From assembly GCA_043228905.1 (NCBI GenBank), contig JBHGNT010000013.1, positions 2,852,001-2,916,000 on the forward strand: 64,000 nt of DNA, in the 5' to 3' direction. The DNA is from Azolla caroliniana. Its lineage: Eukaryota > Plantae > Polypodiophyta. The notes under the pieces were generated by a model. The model saw only the letters and a list, made by a program, of their open reading frames with translations, did not search any database and was not told the DNA's origin. A program made the translations under genes and the position numbers. Below, piece after piece: positions 59,685-64,000 of this stretch; the first letter of the stretch is position 1, and the number at the start of each line of letters is the position of its first letter.

Positions 59685-60383
59685 TGTTGTAGTGTGAATC
59701 ACACACTACGTGAAATATGTAAAATACTATATCCGATTTAAAGTACATATAATAAATAAAATAAAATATTAAAAGTATTTATTACGTGCATAGGGCAAGA
59801 TTCAAACCCTGTACCTCCACGTAGACTAACCCCAACCTTACCATTGTACTAACTTATGTATAAGACCTTTATTTACGCCTACCTTTATTAAAAGGAAAGT
59901 CATGCATTTTTTAGAATGCGTGAATACTTTATTTATAAGAAAAATGTACGCCAATAAAAAATGGCTTGTGCACATCTAGCGAGCATGAGCACTATATTTA
60001 GGAAATAAAAGCATAGTGTAAAAAGGCAACTCATGCACATTTAGTGTGCATGAACACTTTAGAAAAAAGCATGAAGTTATGCTTAGGCTCTTCCATCCTT
60101 ATATAAGGAAGAGAGAATGATGTATGGGAGTTGTTGCTTATTTTACAAGGGTGGATTAATATAATATAATCGTGGGATTCACAAATTTGCTAACTATTTT
60201 TCTCTCTTAATCTGAGTACTCACTAATACACTATACTCGTAGGATTCACGAGTTTTTCATATCTTTCTTTCTTACAACATATTTCATATTCTTCATTGCC
60301 TTAGAATCTTCTTTTCTCCTAGTCCAAAACCTCAGTGGTTCCCACCCGACTCATGCAACAATCCGGAGCCGAAAGGCACGATA
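59685..60383 (+). repeat. 3' LTR of K (J family)
   Basis: TGTTGTAGTGTG...GGCACGATA; homologous to J. Confidence 0.9.
59772..59858 (-). promoter_or_regulatory. tRNA-like Pol III A/B-box cassette in the K 3' LTR, with downstream T-run
   Basis: Minus strand TAGTACAATGGTAAG...GAGGTACAGGGTTTGAATCTTGCC..TTTT. Confidence 0.72.
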
Positions 60384-62239
60384 GCGTCAGGGCCTAAATG
60401 GAACTACCAAGCACCGAGATGGCTGTTTCCGCCATTGACTTCCATGAATGGACAAGAGTTGTAAATATGTGGTCACCATGTACAAAGTGTTAGCGAGATA
60501 CTTTTGTTGTAAATAGTAGGGTGGGGATTATGTTGTTTTGATTATGGTTGATCTTTGATGTACTTCTTTTGCTAACTAATGGGAAGTAGTGTTTTTTTTG
60601 GGAAAAAAAAAATACTACTAAACATTTTTTTGTGTTTTTTGGGCATTAAGAAATATATGATGATTAAGTATTCAATTTGTATAATTTTTTGTTTGAAGCT
60701 TATTGTGTTCTCTTTGAAAGAATGAATTATGATTATCGATACATATATTGTTTGTGCTTTGGCTTAAAAAACATTAACACGATATTTACTTTATGTATTT
60801 CATTATCTTTGTGAGGTAGTTATGTTTATTTGTGTATCTTTGTGTACTTTCTATAGTAATGAAATGTATAACAATGAAACATCATATAGAGCTTTTCATT
60901 ATTAAAATTTGTATGTCAAATGACATGTTACTTTTTGCACTCGCATGTCATATGACATACATCTTTAAAAAATACCCCTAAAAAAACATTAATACTAACC
61001 TGTCAAATTCAGGCCCTAACAAATGACCAATCAGAGAGAAAGCGAGAACAAGGTTTCCTAAAGTGATAGTTAGCATGAGATTCAAGTGATGTGGATTACA
61101 GTAGTGTGGAGCTTACATTAGATGATCATGATCTTTGAATTGTTCTCTTGCTCATCTTGCATGGAGATGTGTAACTTCCTAGATTTTCCTCGTACACCCA
61201 AACAGATGAAATTGGCCTTATGTTTCCTTTGACACTTTCTTCTTTTTGAGGCATTGGTTCACCTTCTAATTTGGCACCCTTTTTTTTATGATCTCATATC
61301 AATCATGTTAGCAACACAACATGTAACACCTAGGAGGGAGGCAAGATTGAGTAAAGAGAGAGGAAGAAAGAAGGTTTGGTTGTCTTATGAAGGAGCCATG
61401 TTATCATAGGTTATCTAATCTTACCCCAAGGTAGGTCGTGTAAAAGACAAGATTCCTCCTCTAATGAGATTTGAAATGAGTGTGAACGCAGTAAGGGAAT
61501 CACGTCCACGTCCATGTCCATGCGATGTGTCTAACTGCTACCAAATAATAAAGAGTGATGGCGAGGGAATCATGGCCATGGATGGTGCAAGGTGTTTGGC
61601 TGAGGGTGCGTGCAATCTGCACCGTCCGATATGGATAAAAGAAAGTGTGTTCCCGGGGTAGTTGTGGTTCTTGTGGCGAAGTCACAGGGACTAAGGTCAA
61701 CAATGGGAGTTTGTGCAAAACTTTTACAAGGCTTGTACCCACAATGAGGTATATATACATCTCATGTGCACAGGTGCACATGTGTGAGTAGAATATAGGT
61801 ACAACCGTGTAAGTCCTATATTAAATGAACACGGGAGTGGAGGATCTACAATGTATCCCACTCGAGTATAAAATCCTATTTAAGGCTTTAAGGTCAACAC
61901 ACTAACTAGATTTTATCTAAGTAACTACTAAGTTACGTGTGTTGACTAAACGACTAAACTAAGTTGAGCTTTATATCTCAACAAAGAATACAATATTTTA
62001 CAACCATTACAATCCCTAATCGCAAGATGCGACTTTTCTTTGCAAAACTTTGGCTTTGAACTCTTGACTTCAATTTTAAAACACAAAACTCTTTGCAAAT
62101 AAACTAAGTTATTTGATTTTCTAACTTTCTCCTGATTCCTTCCTTCATAATTTCCCTTTTTCTTATAGGTTCCCCCATGCTTATGATGCATGTTAGGGTA
62201 CAAGACATGCATGTAACGCATGATCGCCATTTGGCGTAG

Positions 62240-62394
62240 AAAAGAGGTGGAGTCTTAACTACTTACTAAGTATGTGTCATAGGTCTTAACTTATATGACA
62301 CATTAGTTATGATACAGAGGAGGTGGGGTGTCCACATACTTGGGTTTTCCTAAGGTGTGTTCCCACACTAGGGAAGTGAGTTTGATTCTCAACA
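62240..62394 (-). repeat. Fragment of a B/F-family Copia LTR
   Basis: GGTGTGTTCCCACACTAG..TTGATTCTCAACA terminus and the TATGTGTCATA..TATGACACAT hairpin, as in F. Left end approximate. Confidence 0.65.
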
Positions 62395-62399
62395 GTTAC

Positions 62400-62639
62400 C
62401 TTAACTTGTCCCCATAAATCTTTAATAATCAAATCATACGTACCCCTTGAGAATGCAAAATGCATAGGGGAACAATACATGAAGGGATCCACCGCCTCAT
62501 CCTCATGAACGGAATCAGATGAGTCATTTGGCATCTCCAATTCGTCCTTAGATACAAACGATGCAATGGATGACCATAACGTATCCTCCAATTCATCGTC
62601 TAACATGGAAAAGACACCATGATGCAGTGTGTTGTCCAT
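62400..62639 (-). other. Possible first coding exon of an unidentified gene or transposon
   Basis: ATG-initiated acidic ORF ending at AAG|GTAAC, a plausible splice donor; no recognisable domain. Confidence 0.3.
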
Positions 62640-62693
62640 AGATGGTTGTTGTCAATTACAACGGTGATTGAAGTGATTGAATACAATGTGACT

Positions 62694-63210
62694 AAGAATG
62701 CCAATGATTGAGGTGAATGAATTCAGTGTGAGCGAGTATGCCAATGAATCAAGTGAATGAATTCAGCTCTTAGTGAATGATCGAGAATGCGAGCTCTTAG
62801 TGAATGAATTCAGCTCTTAGTGAATGATCGAGAATGCGAGCTCTTAGTGAATGATCTCAACAAGAATGCCAATGATTGAGGTGAATGAATTCAGTGTGAG
62901 CGATTATGGCAATGAATGAAGTGAATGACTTTAGCTCTTAGTGAATGATCGAGAATGCGAGCTTTTAGTGCATGATCTCAGCGAGAATGCCAGTGATTGA
63001 GGTGAATGAATTTAGTGTGAGCGATTATGGCAATGAATAAAGTGAATGACTTTAGCTCTTAGTGAATGATCGAGAATGCGAGCTTTTAGTGCATGATCTC
63101 AGCGAGAATGCCAATGATTGAGGTGAATGAAATTAGTGTGGGCGATTATGCCAATGAATGAAGTGAATGTCAATGACTTTAGTGAATCAATCCAGTGTGA
63201 GCGATTATGC
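62694..63210. repeat. Tandem repeat with a 121-bp unit built from GTGAATGA motifs
   Basis: Unit starts at 62694, 62862, 62983 and 63104; the first unit has a 47-bp internal duplication. Confidence 0.9.
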
Positions 63211-63494
63211 AACGAAAATGGTCGTTAGTATGATCGTTGAAGCACAATGATTACACATAGTTGGGAACCTGCATATTAATGAGTCAGGCTCCTCATTAAT
63301 GAGTCGGGCATTATATGATGTCCAACATTTATCGATCACTACAATGAGTATAGTGAGTATAGTGAGGGAAGTCGGGCTCCTTCTTGTTTAATTATCCAGG
63401 CTCCTAATTAATGAATCGGGCTCCTTCGTAATACAAATTTAAACATACTCAAATTTCACATTCAAAAGATAAGTTGAATATACAAATTTCATAT

Positions 63495-63775
63495 CAAATT
63501 GAATAAGATGCACATCGTGCATACAAAAGATACCTTCAACCTATTCAAATTTCATTATACACAAAAGATACATTGAATAAGTTTCGAACATTGAATAAGA
63601 TTCACACTGAGCATACAATAGATACAACCGATTCAAAATTTCACACTATGGATACAAAACATTGTCACCACATACAAAAGATACCTTCAACCTATTCAAA
63701 TTTCATATACAAAAGATTGAATGAATTTCGAACATTGAATAAGATTCACAATGAGCATACAAAAGATTCATATTG
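63495..63775. repeat. Degenerate ~151-bp direct repeat
   Basis: ATACAAAAGATACCTTCAACCTATTCAAATTTCAT at 63521 and 63672; TTGAATAAGAT..CATACAA recurs. Confidence 0.8.
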
Positions 63776-64000
63776 ATTCATATATAACCAAAATGAGATT
63801 CAAATATTGTTTTGATATTACAAAATTAACCATATTGTGGTATTACCATGGATCCTAACCAAGGCCCCACCTAACCAGGGTCACATTGACCACACCCAAA
63901 TTAGGTCCCTACCAAGCCCCCATAATTAGAGGAGCTAATTGGAGCGGGAAAACACCCACCACGCTAAGAGTAGCCTATAAGATGTAACTTAGAACGTAAT

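Larger units (their letters stand above)
56714..60383 (+). mobile_element. Non-autonomous Gypsy element K (moss Phygy-like by inference), left end deleted
   Basis: Partial 5' LTR 56714-57361, Trp PBS, gag ORF, integrase-tail remnant DGTMLRVPIAGKRVKIF, PPT 59673-59684, 3' LTR 59685-60383. No PR, RT or RH seen. Confidence 0.88.
55682..60612 (+). mobile_element. 5'-truncated L1 N interrupted by Gypsy K
   Basis: TSD AAATACTACTAAACATTTT at 55663-55681 and 60610-60628; WDPLEVWW, CTLC..H..C homologous to M; 3' end KWNYQAPRW at 60384-60470; poly(A). Confidence 0.9.
44446..61018. mobile_element. Non-autonomous TIR DNA transposon (~1.1 kb own sequence) split by nested retroelements
   Basis: Imperfect TIRs TAGGGCAAGAGTTTGA and reverse-complement TAGGGCCTGAATTTGA; flanks ACAAATAAC/ACAAATGAC; palindrome ATGTCAnATGACAT near both ends. 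Confidence 0.7.

Noticed and set aside
61308-61950. Solo LTR or TIR element starting TGTAACACC
   Set aside because: No matching TSD and only weak terminal complementarity.
62694-63210. CRISPR-like array
   Set aside because: Units are wholly repeated with no unique spacers; eukaryotic context and no cas genes.

Overview
Eukaryotic, probably land-plant repeat DNA; the Gypsy gag type, Trp primer site and Tcn1-like chromoviruses suggest a moss, which is inference. It is almost entirely a nested transposon graveyard with no intact host gene. Block 1 (1-16290): young Tork/TAR-like Copia A sits inside Copia B, which sits inside chromovirus C, followed by two RTE-like LINEs. Block 2 (16547-41749): Copia F hosts Copia G and Copia H (H holds further LTR pieces), then chromovirus I hosts two solo LTRs (J, O). 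Block 3 (44446-61018): a roughly 1.1 kb TIR DNA element has been inflated to 16.6 kb by L1 M (hosting Tcn1-like Gypsy L) and L1 N (hosting non-autonomous Gypsy K, itself hosting a 46-bp L1 tail). Tandem repeats follow at the end. Most boundaries are backed by TG..CA ends, primer binding site (PBS), polypurine tract (PPT) and target-site duplications (TSDs). Main signals: (1) the LTRs of five Gypsy insertions from at least two lineages carry a tRNA-type Pol III promoter cassette with identical 45-nt A-box to B-box spacing, antisense in U3 where orientation is clear; (2) three Gypsy LTR insertions share the target GCGT(C), with a 4-bp TSD shown for two; (3) element L shows a Tf1-type self-priming PBS and a complete -1 frameshift signal. 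All calls are by eye; no alignments or database searches were run.
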